A stretch of DNA of 64,000 bases, taken from Octopus sinensis (taxonomy: Eukaryota). The position numbers were made by a program, and so were the translations under genes. Position 1 is the first letter of the stretch. Each line of letters starts with the position of its first letter. Shown here piece after piece: positions 51,167 through 64,000 of this stretch. The stretch is from NCBI RefSeq assembly GCF_006345805.1, contig NC_042998.1, positions 53,072,001-53,136,000 on the forward strand. The letters are read 5' to 3'. The notes under the pieces are model-generated. The model ran no database searches, was not told where the DNA came from, and worked only from the letters and a program-made list of their open reading frames with translations.

Positions 51167-53379
51167 TATGCTTCAACACACGAACTCACATAAAGAATCT
51201 TGCAAACCAAATCCAAAAACGAAATTATCAAACAAGATTTATTATAAATATGTTAAACTGACAAATTCTGAAGTAAAGTCTTCAAGATTTTTCATGCCAT
51301 ACTCTATTATAGAGTCAATTATTATAATATAAAGTTATTTAAATAATTGATCTTGTTGACGTTCCACCAACCCTGACCAAAAAAAAAAAACATTATCAAA
51401 AGCATTCCAACTGAGATCACAGACACTTCACATCACATTAACCAATGCATCGGCATCCTTTTTTGAGACAGTACATTGTGATGTCAGTAATATTTGGTCG
51501 CTATTTCTAGTCAGTTGAATAACTATGTATATGCTCCCTCAATGACTTGTTATTTTTATAGTTAAATCTGAATGTCTCCGGTACAAATCCCAGTTATTAC
51601 CACACAGCTAATGCAATATTTTTTATTAATTATTTTCTTGTAAATGAGATAATAAATTAGAGTAGTTGCATTATTAAATTTTTAAGATGCTATTATTATC
51701 TTGTTTTTAACATTTGTCTAATGACATCGATATATTTCAGTCTGATACCTGTTGAAAATGATATGACAAAAATCATTTAAAAATTTATGCATTCCTCATT
51801 TCCTTTTTTTCTCTTTATTCATTCCTCCTTTGTGACAAGACTACATCAAGTAATATTAACTTCAAAGAGCTTAACTAACTATAATTGCTTTCCCATGCAA
51901 AAGATACTTAAAGCTACAAAATTAGCTTGTTAAAATTGAAATATGCATTAAAATAGCATAAAATTACTATCCTCTGGTGACATCGTGGTATTAAAGAATA
52001 TGAGAGATTGGGAATGGTATGAAACAGAAAAGCCAATAACTTCTGCTTGAAATGGACATTTAACAGGGGATTACATTTTACTGATAGTAAACTAACTTAA
52101 CCGTTATAGTCACTTTGGGACAATGTGACATATTTATAAGTGGTTGCTTTATGATTTTTATAATTTATTTTAGTTTGATGTTATTATCTTGGGGTTACTA
52201 ATTCAAAGGAAAGCTCTCCTACATTATTTTCATCTGCCTGAATGCATACAGCTAAATGTCTGTAGTTACTATTTTATGCATGTATTTTTATTTACTACAT
52301 ATCTACTTCAATGGTTAATCTATAAGAGATATAATTAATGATATGTATTTGCTTTTGTATGTGTTCATACGTATTTGCACAAATGTGAAATACATTGCTT
52401 GAAACTGCTAGAAAAACGTGTATAAATGAGTATTTATTCAAATATTCTAATACTCTAATGTTTGCTTCAATTCAATCATTGTAAATAGATATTAGACAAT
52501 AACAACAGTTATTAGTGGTGCTGTCTATATATATATATACAGAAAGTTTGGGAAATATCAAATATATATAATAACATTGTCACAAATGTTATCATAATAA
52601 AGGAATCATATAAATATACATCAATTTTTGAATAGAGATAAATAAAAATAATAGTAAAATATACAAAGATTAATATTGTTAATTGTATATTCATGTGAGA
52701 CAGCATTAATATTTGTTTCATGATTTTTATCAGCTATTAACTTTTCCATGTATAATCAAAACAGTGAGTTTGTGTTTATTTCTCCAACATCCAAAATAAC
52801 CACAGTAGTGGGAAAAGTGGTAATTAGAAAAACATAGTAGGAGTTAGATAACATTTTTCTCTGGTCATCAGAACATTGGGCAGAATTTCTTTGCAGTATT
52901 TGTTCTGACTGTCTAAGCTCTGAATATTGCCAAGATCAATATTGTCCTTCATGCTTTTGGGGGTTCATCCCAAAATAACTTAGCCAGGGCAAGAGGTTGG
53001 TGGGACTGTTAGAAGGTCATGTGAAATACCTTGCAGTATCTACATTGGTTCTCTGTATCTTGATGACAATGCCTGCAGTAACAATGGCAACAAGCTGTTG
53101 TAGCTTTTCAGAAAAGACTTTGCATAAGACAACATTAGTGGTATGGAAAGAGAGGAGTTCTTTATGACCACCTGTTTGCATTCCACAAAAATACTTTGCT
53201 CAAGCCAGTACATATAGGTGCATATACAAGGTCAATCCATATATATACTTGTTTTATTTATATTTCCTGAGCGCCATACTAATACAATTGTTCGTTTGTT
53301 TTCCACCTGCCTTCGTCTTTTGTCTATTTTCATAAAGCTTCCCGTTATATATATATATATATATATATATAAATATATC

Positions 53380-54045
53380 AGGGCATCCAGCTATAGAAAC
53401 TCTGCCAGATCAGATTGGAGCCTGGTGCAGCCATCTGGGTCGCCAGTCCTCACTCAAATCGTCCAACCCATGCTAGCATGGAAAGCAGGCGTTAAACGAT
53501 GATGATGAGGATGATGATGTATATATGTATATATATGGTGCCATATATAAAGCACCTGTGCTGGTGTTACATCAAAAACGCCCATGCTGGTGCTGTATCT
53601 CCTCTGTAGTAAGACAGCTATCCTTGTCCTTCTATCATATTCCAGCCTCTCACCCGGCACTCAGCCATTTCTCTTAGTTCCACCTGCTTTCTTAGCTGAA
53701 AGGTCCTTGTCATGCAATCTACTTGGCAATGCCATGGCTACTGGTGTCACATAAACTGCACCCATGGTGATGCCTCATAATAAGCACCCATTTGGTGTCA
53801 CATAAAAAGCACATACGCTGGTGCTATGTCAAATGCACCTGTGGTGATGCCACATAAAAATCACCCATGCTGGTGTCATATAAAAAGCACCCAGTACACT
53901 CTGAAAAGGGCATGCATCCAGCTGTAGAGACCATGCCAAAACAGACAACTGGACTCTGATGCAGCTCCCCAGCTTGCCAGATCCTGTCAAACCATCCAGC
54001 CCTTGCCAGCATGGAGAACAGACATTAGATGATTATGACGATGAC
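53380..54045 (+). mobile_element. two family D elements; the second has ~25-bp tandem units
   Basis: RTE-like tails at 53380-53519 and 53890-54045; repeated GGTG(T/A)(C/T)(A/G)CATAAAAAGCACCCAT. Confidence 0.75.
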
Positions 54046-54061
54046 ATATCAGTGTGTGTGT

Positions 54062-54315
54062 GATGGTATGTAGCCTAATGGACAAGGTGTTAAACACACA
54101 TGATCATTAGATTGTAGTTTCAATACCCCAACTGGTGGGGGGATTGTGTTCTGGAGCAAAACACTTCATTTCATGTTGCTCCAGTCCATTCAGCTGTAAA
54201 CTGGTAACCCTGTGACAGAATGGCATAATCAGCAGGATGGCATCATTCAAAAGTCATTAAATGCAAAGAAGCACATAGTGACCAATGGTGTATAACAACA
54301 TCTGATAGGATAGTT
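54062..54315 (+). mobile_element. SINE with family-B-type head and alternative tail
   Basis: TGTGTTCTGGAGCAAAACACTTCATTTCATGTTGCTCCAGTCCATTCAGCTGTAAA, then a different body ending TATAACAACATCTGATAG. Confidence 0.65.
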
Positions 54316-54325
54316 GATACAGTGC

Positions 54326-55010
<685 letters not shown>

Positions 55011-55633
55011 CACACACACGCACAGAGTGATCATAAGCAAAAGTACAACATTCACCATTGGTTGCTGGCACTTTAGTAACTAGTTTACTGCATTATAGGA
55101 AAATTGGTAATAGGATTGAGTAATAACAGGAAAAAGATTAAACAATTATTTAATTGTAAATAGTCACTGAATGGTAAAGGTTAGTTTATTATTTCTAAAG
55201 TTTTAAAATATATGAAGTGAAACTCTTTGGCTGAGTTGCTGTTTAATTTTGAAATGGTGAAATGACTTTTCTATGATAAAAGTAAAGAAAAAATATTTTA
55301 TCCAATATAGAAAGGAAATGTTTCTGAGTGTTTAATATTTATCTAATAAATGTACATTTGTTCAATCAATTGTGTATGCAATAAGAGAAATTCTAGAACT
55401 AAATATCTGCTGGTGCTAATAGAATGTATTTATAAATTCAATTTACATAGTGCTAGACTGTATTTTACTCGAAGTAGGTTCCTATATAGAAATTAAATAC
55501 TGAATGAAATAGAGTACCAAAAAAAAACAAAAACAAGTTTATTGAAAAGGATTACAATGCTACTCTGTTTTGTTTGCTCATTTTGAAGGAATATTTGCTA
55601 TACCTCCATCAATATTAATATTAAACAAAGATA

Positions 55634-56218
55634 AGGCAGCAAGCTGGATGAACTGTTTGCATGCTTATAAGATGCTTAGTGGCATTTCATCCATCTTTAC
55701 ATTCTGAGTTCAAATTCCAACAAGTCTAACTGCCTTTCATCCTCAACAAGTACCAGTTGAGTATTAGAGTCAAAGTAATAGACTTGCCACTCCTCCAAAA
55801 TTATTGGCCTCACACCAAAAATTAGAAATCATCATCGTCATCATCATTTAACATCCGCTTTCCATGCTGGCATGGGTTGAATAGTTTGACATGGAGCTGG
55901 CCTGTTGGGAGCAATCCAGATTCCAATTGTCTGTTGTGGCATGGTTTCTATGGCTGGATGCCCTTCCTACTGCCTACCACTTAAGAGAGTGTACTGGGTG
56001 CTTTCTATGTGCCACTGGCATGGGTACATTTATGCAGCACAGACATGGGTATGTTTATGAAGCACTGGCATAGGTGCTGTTTAGGTGGCACTATCATCTG
56101 AAAGGATAAGCTTGTATGTGTGAAAGACAGCGATTTTACTTATGCATCTAATCAAGTATAGCAAATTGTCACATCACCCAGGCACTTGTCATTTCCTCAG
56201 TGAAGCCCAGTGTCCACA
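55634..56218. mobile_element. SINE family C (+, 55634-55828) tail-to-tail with a family D element (-, 55829-56218)
   Basis: GGCAGCAAGCTGG...TTCTGAGTTCAAATTCC, then CATCATCATTTAACATCCGCTTTCCATGCTGGCATGGGTTG. Confidence 0.7.
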
Positions 56219-56225
56219 TCTTTAA

Positions 56226-56445
56226 CCCTTTCATTGCTGTATTTCTGTTGAGATGCTCTGTGTTTCTTTCAATTACTTTAAATATAACGAAGAACTTAGT
56301 AAAATAATTTGGTTATCATTCAGCTAGTGTTAGGAGCATAAATTGTGACTAAGGTTTGGTGGAAGATTTTAATTCAAAACTTATGAAAACAAGACATTTG
56401 TACTCAGAGTCAGAGCCGGTTTCAGCCAGGTTGGTAATGAAAGGG
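56226..56445. mobile_element. piggyBac-type MITE family E, TTAA TSD
   Basis: TTAA-CCCTTTCATT ... AATGAAAGGG-TTAA; reverse complement of 2156-2376. Confidence 0.85.
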
Positions 56446-56451
56446 TTAAAG

Positions 56452-56662
56452 ACAGTGAGCTGGCAGAATCATAAGCACAACAAGCAAAGTGCTTAGCAGC
56501 ATTTCATCCAGCCTTATGTTCTCAGTTCAAATTCAGCCAAGGTCAACTTTGGCTTTCATCTTTTCAGGGTCGATAAAATAAATACTTGTGTGCACTAGGG
56601 TTGATCTCATCAACTTTCACCTTCCCCTGGACTTATTGGCTTTGTGCCAAAATTTGAAACTA
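56452..56662 (+). mobile_element. SINE family C
   Basis: GAGCTGGCAGAATC...GGCTTTCATCTTTTCAGGGTCGATAAAATAA. Confidence 0.8.
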
Positions 56663-58229
56663 ATATTACACTTTTAAGGCTCTAGCATGTATCAATGCTA
56701 CAGAGTACATATGATTAGGAAGCTGGACACATATAACATGATACATACATAAACATAAGTCCCGACTAATTTATATACATAGTGGTGGGCAAACAAATAT
56801 ATCGATACATGCACACATAATTATTCTGAGTTCATTTCTGTACATACATAAATACACACAAGAATTCACCAGTACATAATTACTTTCAACAGGTCATACA
56901 CAAACATACACATTTAAGCTTTCTCAAAATTTCATACTCACTGACATATGCATACAAATATAAACAAATATATTTTCTGATTAGCAATCATTTAGTAATT
57001 TGAGAAGTAGTTTGTCTAAAGTTCACTATTTTTACCTCTGCCTTGAAGACAAAAAAGTGAAATAAAATAAAATTCAATACAGAACAATTTCATTGAATGA
57101 ATTAGTGTATAAGTGGAGGAATGATTCATCCTGTACTTTGTTGACCTCCCCTTTCACATCTGTACTCTACGGACAAAGAAACTGAAATGTACCTGAGATT
57201 TGAAATAGTAAAAAAATAGAAGTGGCTATAAATATGATTCACTCTAATCATGTTTCCACTCCACATCTATGAATTTAAAACATTAAAGAACTGGTGTCAA
57301 ATACACTAAAATTGCCTTTATTTATACTGACAATTATTTATTGGAATTTTATGCTGCAAAGAAAGAAAATATAGGAACCAATAGTCTTTGCAAATAAACG
57401 TTGCAGCTTAATTGGGAAATGAAACCAAATCAATACTAGGTCTACCTAGAGCATATAGCTGCAGCCAACTCAACTATAGCATTAGTCACAATAGTAATAA
57501 CATATATTAGTTACATTAAGTAAAAATACAGATCCTACATTTCTAGGAGGATGAGAAGGTGGATGATGACAAGGAGAGAAAGAGCAAAGAGGAGGGATGA
57601 GGAAGAGGAGGAGGAAATAAGGTTTTTGCAATAGTAATGTCTTTCTAAGAAGCAAACAAAAAACATTCACAGCAAATAAGGAAAAATAGCTTCAAATATG
57701 AACGTAATTTGTCATGAACTTGGCTCACTGAAATGTTTCCGCTTGACTCACTGTAATGTTAACTTTTTATATTCTGAGTTCAATTTTGCCTTTCATTCCT
57801 CCAGGGTTGATACAAATAAAGTACTATATAGGTGTAAATGGTATTAGTTAACTATTTCCCCACAAACTTCAGGTCTTGTGTTATTATTAGACATAATTAT
57901 AAGGTGGTGAGTGGCCAGAATTGCTAGAGGATTGAAACATTCCTTTGCAATATTTGTTTTAAGTCTTTACAATTTGAGTTCAAATCCTGCCAAGGTTAAT
58001 TTTGCCTTTATCTTTTCAGAGTCAAGAAAATAAAATAAAACACCCATCAAGTACTGGGTTGATTGTACTGACAAACCCCTCCCTCAAAATTTGTGTCGAA
58101 ATTAGAAACAATTATCATTATTTGCTAATAATATTAATAATAATAAAGATTTTAAATTTCAACAGGGACCACATATTTATATTGGTAATTTGGATAGTAC
58201 AGAGAATTCTGATTACACATTTAACAAAA

Positions 58230-59049
58230 ATTTTTTAAATGGTTAAGTTAATTTTTGAAAATTCAAGTTTGAGATCTGAATTACAAGACAGCTCTAAAAA
58301 TTTTTTCTTAAACATTCAATAAAAACTACACCACAAGTTCTGTTCCAACAGAGAATATTATTTGTTCCCAATCTAATTTAAAATGTCTAGAAAATATTTT
58401 CATAACCATTTTGTCATACATACCAAATGCTAGATTATGAATGGTTTAATCAAATTAAGGCAAATTATTTTCACAAACAAAAATCATTAGTGCATGAGAA
58501 CATTTTAAATTTGAAGTGTCTAAGTATAATTTTCCACAGCATGTGTCCATAGATTTATTTTATTTATGAACACATCTGTGTTTAACTTCCAAATTGAAAA
58601 CTTTTTTGTTCTCTCTTTGCAGAGACACATTAAATTCATGAAACTCTCTACATATGTCTGACAAATAGTAAAATTTGTAAAGCCAATTCTGGCTGTAAAA
58701 ATAAAATAATTTGGCAAGGTTGAAGTTCTTTTCTGACATTATTTGGTTTAGTCTACTAGACATCTGGAACCTCATACCTTTGATCAATTAAGATCTAACA
58801 CCCTGGTATAGATTTGCTAAGAGAGTTATTTGCTGTTCAATGCATAACTTCTTATAAAATTAGTAATTTTAATTGCATCCTACATTTAGTGCACCTCAAC
58901 TTTAAAAAATTTTCTATAGACATTAACACCTTTTGATAAATTCTTTTAGGTACTAATACCATTCGATAAATTATGCAATGGCTGCATGTAGAAGGGTCAC
59001 TGCTTGTAGATTTACCTGTAACTTGAAATCCTACATTTTCTGATACCAT
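58230..59049 (-). pseudogene. second hAT (Charlie/Buster, ZBED5/SCAND3-like) transposase fossil
   Basis: MVSENVGF, SHCIIYRMVLVPK, DAIKITNFIRSYALNSK, SQNWLYKFYYLSDICREFHEFNVSLQRENKKVFNL, VFINKINLW, EKFLELSCNSDLKLEF. Confidence 0.8.
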
Positions 59050-59052
59050 TTA

Positions 59053-59390
59053 CATCATCATCATCGTTTAACGTCCACTTTCCATGCTAGCAAGGGTTGG
59101 ACGATTCGACTGAGGTCTGGTGAACCAGATGGCTGCACCAGACACCAATCTGATCTGGCAGAGTTTCTACAGCTGGATGCCCTTCTTAATACCAATCACT
59201 TTGAGAGTGTAGTGGATGCTTTTACGTGCCACCAGCACGAGGGCCAGTCAGGCGGTACTGGCAACAGCCATGCTCAAATGGTGCTTTTTATGTGCCACCC
59301 ACACAGGAGCCAGTCCAGCGGCACTGGCAACAACCTCGCTCGAATGTTTTTTTCACGTGCCTCCAGCATAAGTGTTAGTAAGGCGACAAT
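59053..59390 (-). mobile_element. family D retroposon at the upstream edge of the hAT fossil
   Basis: CATCATCATCATCGTTTAACGTCCACTTTCCATGCTAGC... reverse complement of 38030-38357. Confidence 0.85.
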
Positions 59391-60814
59391 GCTTCTACTT
59401 GCTACAAACAACACATGTATGTCATTGACTGTGCAAGATTTTTTTATAGCTTTTGTAATTAAGAATGAAACATCATATTTTCGAATTTCCAGAGATTTCA
59501 GCAATGTTTCAATAAAATGGGAAAATTTGCCTTGTATAGGAAACATGTCTAGTATCAAAATGTATTTTTTAATTTAACAAGCTTCATACTTTCATTCAAC
59601 AAATATATACTACATATTAAAAAGAATAGACAGACAGTGATATTCATGCCTAAGAGCAAAAACAAATCCAGACTATGAAAAAAGATTCATTGTATTTCCT
59701 CTTTAGTGTGTGTGTGTGTGTGTGTCAGTGTGTCTGTGCGTGTGTATGATTTTTCAGTTTCTTCAGCTTAACATATTTTCCACTTCATGTCACTGCTTGC
59801 AAATTTTACAACTATTTACAACAGAACTGTTATCTGCTGTGTTTTTGTTTTCTTTTTTGAAGGGGAGGAAGGGATAAATTTAACCATTATTCTACAGGGT
59901 AAGAATTCTCAATTCTATGTAATAAAAATTAGCTACTATTTTATAAATAACAATAAAAAAAATTTTTTTAAACAATATTTGATGCTTGTTAGTCATAATT
60001 AATTTAAACTTATTAGTGTTTACATTGTATGATAAATTTTTTAAAAAGCCCTGTTTATATATTCATAGAATTAATTTTATACGATATAGAATTACTCTGG
60101 AAAATAAAAAAAAATTGCATCACTGTTTATTGATTTTTACGAGTAAATTACACACTTGTCATAATTAAATTACCTCAACAAGTACCTGCTACTGTGACAC
60201 AGTTCATTGCCGATAAATAATATATTTCCAGATTGAGAATTGAAAATTATCACTGTAAACATACTCTATTTACAATGCAAAGTCCTGTTGTTGTTGTTGT
60301 TTACTCTGCCCACTTCATTGCCTGTGTCTTGGTGTGCTTTGGTCAATTGGTGATCTCTTGACTCTATTTGAGTTTCTATTGCATAATATAATTTGTACCT
60401 TTACACACATACATACACACATACACAGATGATGCATTGGAGCAACTGTAGCCTATTGAACTGAATATAGTAAATATTTCCTGCAGACCAATAATGAGAT
60501 AAAATGCAATGTTGATGATGACTGGCAGGATTTAAACTCAATCGTTAATCAATGAAACTAATTAATGGTCAATGTTTAACTATCTGTACCACCCTTATAG
60601 ATCTAATAATACTATCACAGTAAACCGTCTCAAAATAATTCTTTCTACTATAAGCACAAAGTCTGAAATTTTTGGGGAAGGGACAGTCAATTACATCAGC
60701 CCCAATGCTCAACTGGTACTTATTTCCCTGTCCCACCCCCAAAAAGCTGAAAGGCAAAGTTAACACTGGCTGAATTTGAACTTGGGGTGTTCGAAAGATG
60801 ATTGAAATGCAGCT

Positions 60815-61362
60815 AAGCAGACATGGTTGTGTAGTAAGAAACTTGCTTTCCAACCACATGGCTCTGGGTTCAGTCCCACTGTGTGACACCTCAGGAAAGT
60901 GTCTTCTATAGTAGCCTTGGATTTGGTTAACAGAAACTGAAAGAAGCTTGTCAGATATATATATATATATATATGTCTTTGTTCCCCCATCATTGCTTGA
61001 CAACTGGTGTTGATGTGTTTAAATACCCGTAACTTAGTAGTGGTTCAGCAGAAAGACACCAGTAGAATAAGCACTAGGCTTTAAAAAAGAAATAAGTATT
61101 GGGGTCAATGCAATTGACTAAAGCCCTTCAAGCACCAGCATAGCTTGTGGGGGTGAAGGTGGTAGGGCATCTGCCCTGGACAGCACTTTTAAAGGGGCAC
61201 CATTTTTGAGTCCACTGTAGGCAATGTGTTTTTTGTGGGGTCCTGGAATGGCAAACAGAAGAGCTACCCCAGGTAGCATACACTCTAGCTATGCTAGTGC
61301 CTTAAGGCAGTGCTCCAGCATAGCTGCAATCAAATGATTGAAACAAGTAAAAGAATAAAGAA
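60815..61362 (+). mobile_element. SINE family A interrupted by a small TIR element; head-to-head with a family C copy (60605-60800, minus)
   Basis: Family A head and tail; break at CCTTCAAG|...|CCTTAAGGCAGTGCTCCAGC. Confidence 0.8.
61133..61299. mobile_element. 167-bp hAT-type MITE
   Basis: TIRs CACCAGCATAGCT / AGCTATGCTAGTG (12 of 13 match); approximate 8-bp TSD CCTTCAAG / CCTTAAG. Confidence 0.65.
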
Positions 61363-62984
61363 AAACAATAAAAGCATATTGTTTGGTATCTTAACAAAAG
61401 TTATAACCTAAGGGTCTTGTTCAGCTGGGCACCTAGTACCAATAAAGTAACCATGGACAGAAGCAGGTTGCTCATGTAGGGTTTACAGAAACTGATGGTA
61501 CCAACAGTTGTCTTCAAGAACATGTCTTCAAGAACAGACATGTAGAATCAATCTACTAACATATACAGTTTTGTCTTGACCATGTGGTAATATTCTATTT
61601 TATGCTTGGGTTCATAGAGCTGGTATCTTATTACCAGTAAGATATTTTCAATGAAATGCTATTAAATTATTCATACAGCTCAATTCATTGTGATTCTTTA
61701 ATTCTAGTTTCTAATCTAAATACATGTACTCTTCTGTCTGAGACTTAAAAATAAATTTATATGAAACAATAAGGACACATCAAAATAGTCTCAAGGCTTT
61801 CTAGAAAGAGCAGCTAAATCACTTTCAAATTACACCCTACTGTCTTAAAACAATGCTAAGTTCATATTGGATAATGTAATTCTAGATACTTCAATTTGGG
61901 AAAAAAATTAAAAAGAAAAAGACAGGATGGCTATGGTTGGAATGCCTTTGACAAAAGAACTGAAACTAAACAACAACAACACAAATTCTTATTTCTTAAG
62001 ATTTCTAGCTATTATATTGATTTTTATCATTTTCTGATAAACAATCCTAGATCACAGTCAATATAGGTTAATTTCTTTAAAATTAAAAATAAATAAATAA
62101 AATAAAAATGAACAAAGCGTAAAGTAATATAACAGCTGGTTAAAACCTAGCAATTCTAGTGTTGGCAAGAAAATTTTATTTTTATTTATTTATTTATTTC
62201 CTTTTTATTTTATCTATTTTTTTTTGAGAAAAGTTATCAAAAATATTTTTTTAAATTCTACATATCAAACAATACTTTAGGAAATTGGTTCTTGTAAGAG
62301 GCAGCTTTCAGTGTAATAAAGTCATGTAGATGTTAAAAATATTAAATGTCTGTATAAGACATGAAATTTCATCGCGCACCAGTGATTTTAGTTATAAGAA
62401 AACAAAAATAAATAAATTCAAACAAAAGCAATAGATAGTAAACCAGTCACTTGGAATCAGCAGATTCACTGAGTTTGCTGTGATATTCCAGTAATTTCTA
62501 TTTCCTTTCACAGAACAGAGAAACAGACTCCTAAAGTTAGTGTTGTTGTTGCTGTAGCCATCGTTTTCAATACTTCCTAACATTTGAAATTTGTTGAACT
62601 GTGGCTGGAAAATAATTGAAATGGTTGTAACCATCTGCTTCTTTTGAATATTCATTAATGGAATCAGGAAAATGTCTGAAGAAATATCATTTGCTTGTTA
62701 GATTTTCTTTTTCATCTGAACTCAAGTTCCTCATTATAGTCTATCATTATTATAGATGAAATACTTATAAAACTTTATCTTCATTATAGTTTCAATGCCT
62801 ACTTTTCTATGATTTCCATAAGTTGGACAGGTCTGCAGTATAACTATGAACATTCTTAATATTATTTAATATCACCTGTGACACCCACATCTTCCTTGAT
62901 CTTTCTACTATCAGGTACCTCCCACTATCAGAATAGAGAATTTCTTCATTAAATAGGTTACAACCATTCACATTAAATTTCCAT

Positions 62985-63246
62985 ACCAATACTATGGACA
63001 TGTTATTAGAATGTTGCAGGAAAGATTCACAAGATGTATTCTTCAAGCCAAGCCAACTGGTAGGAGACCTAGGAGTAGACCAAGAACAAGAAGGGTGGAT
63101 AATTTCCACAGTTTCAGTTGGTCATGCTTGGGAACCCAACCAGAAAGTCTAGTGACAGCTGTTTCTGATAGGACCCAATGGAGAAGGTGCCTGAGAACTC
63201 TACTTCCATGATGCTCCCAGAAACAGTGAATTGAGAAGATGGATGG
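62985..63246 (+). pseudogene. RTE-clade LINE 3' end
   Basis: QYYGHVIRMLQERFTRCILQAKPTGRRPRSRPRTRRVD...AVSDRTQWRRCL matches the RTE C-terminal W.GHV.RM...GxRxRGRPR.RW.D...A.DR..WR; (GATG)n tail. Confidence 0.8.
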
Positions 63247-63733
63247 AACACTAATGGTACAGGTGTACTTATGCTTTCATTTCTAATTCAGAACCAAAAT
63301 GTTAAAGAAGTTAATATAAAACTAAGTAAAGAACAAAATTCAAAGAAATTGGTGATGTATGCGTTAGCAACAATTAGTCAATAAATGAAACCGTAGAGTC
63401 AAATAAGTTCAGTTATTGTGAGAGGTGAATAATCTAACATTTCAGGCCTTCAGCTGAGATGGAGAGGATGGGTGTGGGGTGTGGGTGGGAGCGTCAGTCA
63501 TTTGTGATTAAAGTGACAACACTTTATCTTTCTCAGGGCAAGAGTCTGGAACATTAGAATGCTCACTGCTCATGGCAACTGAACTTATTGACCTCTGTTA
63601 TGAACTCCCCTATATCAATATAAGTTATATAAATCAAGAGGAAATCAATAAGTCATATAAGTTATAGAAAACTTTTACAAAATCCAGAAATATCAAAGAA
63701 CTGAAGAAAATTTAATACCAAATAACACAAATA

Positions 63734-64000
63734 GGCACAGGCATGGCTGTGTGGTAAGAAGTTTGCTTCCCAACCACATGGTTCTGGGTTCAGTCCCACT
63801 GTGTGGCGGCACCTTTAGCAAGTGTCTTCTACTATAGTCTTGGGCCAATCAAAGCCTTGTGAGTGGATTTGGTAGATGGAAACTGAAAGAAGCCCATCAT
63901 GTATATGTGTGTGTCTGTGTGTGTGCCTTTGTTTGTTCCCTATCGTCACCTGACAACCAGTGTTGGTGTGTTTACATCCCATAAATTAATGGTTCAGCAA
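63734..64000 (+). mobile_element. SINE family A (runs off the window)
   Basis: GGCACAGGCATGGCTGTGTGGTAAGAAG... standard head and body. Confidence 0.9.

Noticed and set aside
51961-52050. SGDIVVLKNMRDWE, vaguely cadherin-like
   Set aside because: Too short, lacks other cadherin motifs and a polypyrimidine acceptor, and stops soon after

Overview
AT-rich, microsatellite-rich eukaryotic DNA. The SINE families resemble those I know from Octopus genomes, so the source is probably a coleoid cephalopod (recognition by eye, not a database result). I found no intact protein-coding gene. The window reads as intronic or intergenic and is dominated by repeats: about 20 copies of one ~400-bp tRNA-derived SINE, several other SINE families, TTAA-flanked piggyBac-type MITEs, and decayed transposon coding fossils (two hAT/Charlie, two mariner, Penelope RT, R4/Dong-type restriction-like endonuclease, RTE, and weak Gypsy and pogo traces). 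Most ORF-track entries are microsatellite or SINE read-through. The most notable structures are: (1) a ~465-bp fold-back element whose two arms each carry a minimal hammerhead-ribozyme motif (45518-45981); (2) a Penelope RT fossil split into head-to-head halves, as expected from twin priming (11419-12470); (3) a ~415-bp near-identical local duplication pasted into a SINE (43443 vs 46635); (4) a hAT fossil with an apparent C-terminal fragment inserted beside its first catalytic motif; (5) closely spaced inverted repeats that could form long dsRNA. None is demonstrably a new biological system. Repeat boundaries are approximate unless TSDs or TIRs are quoted.
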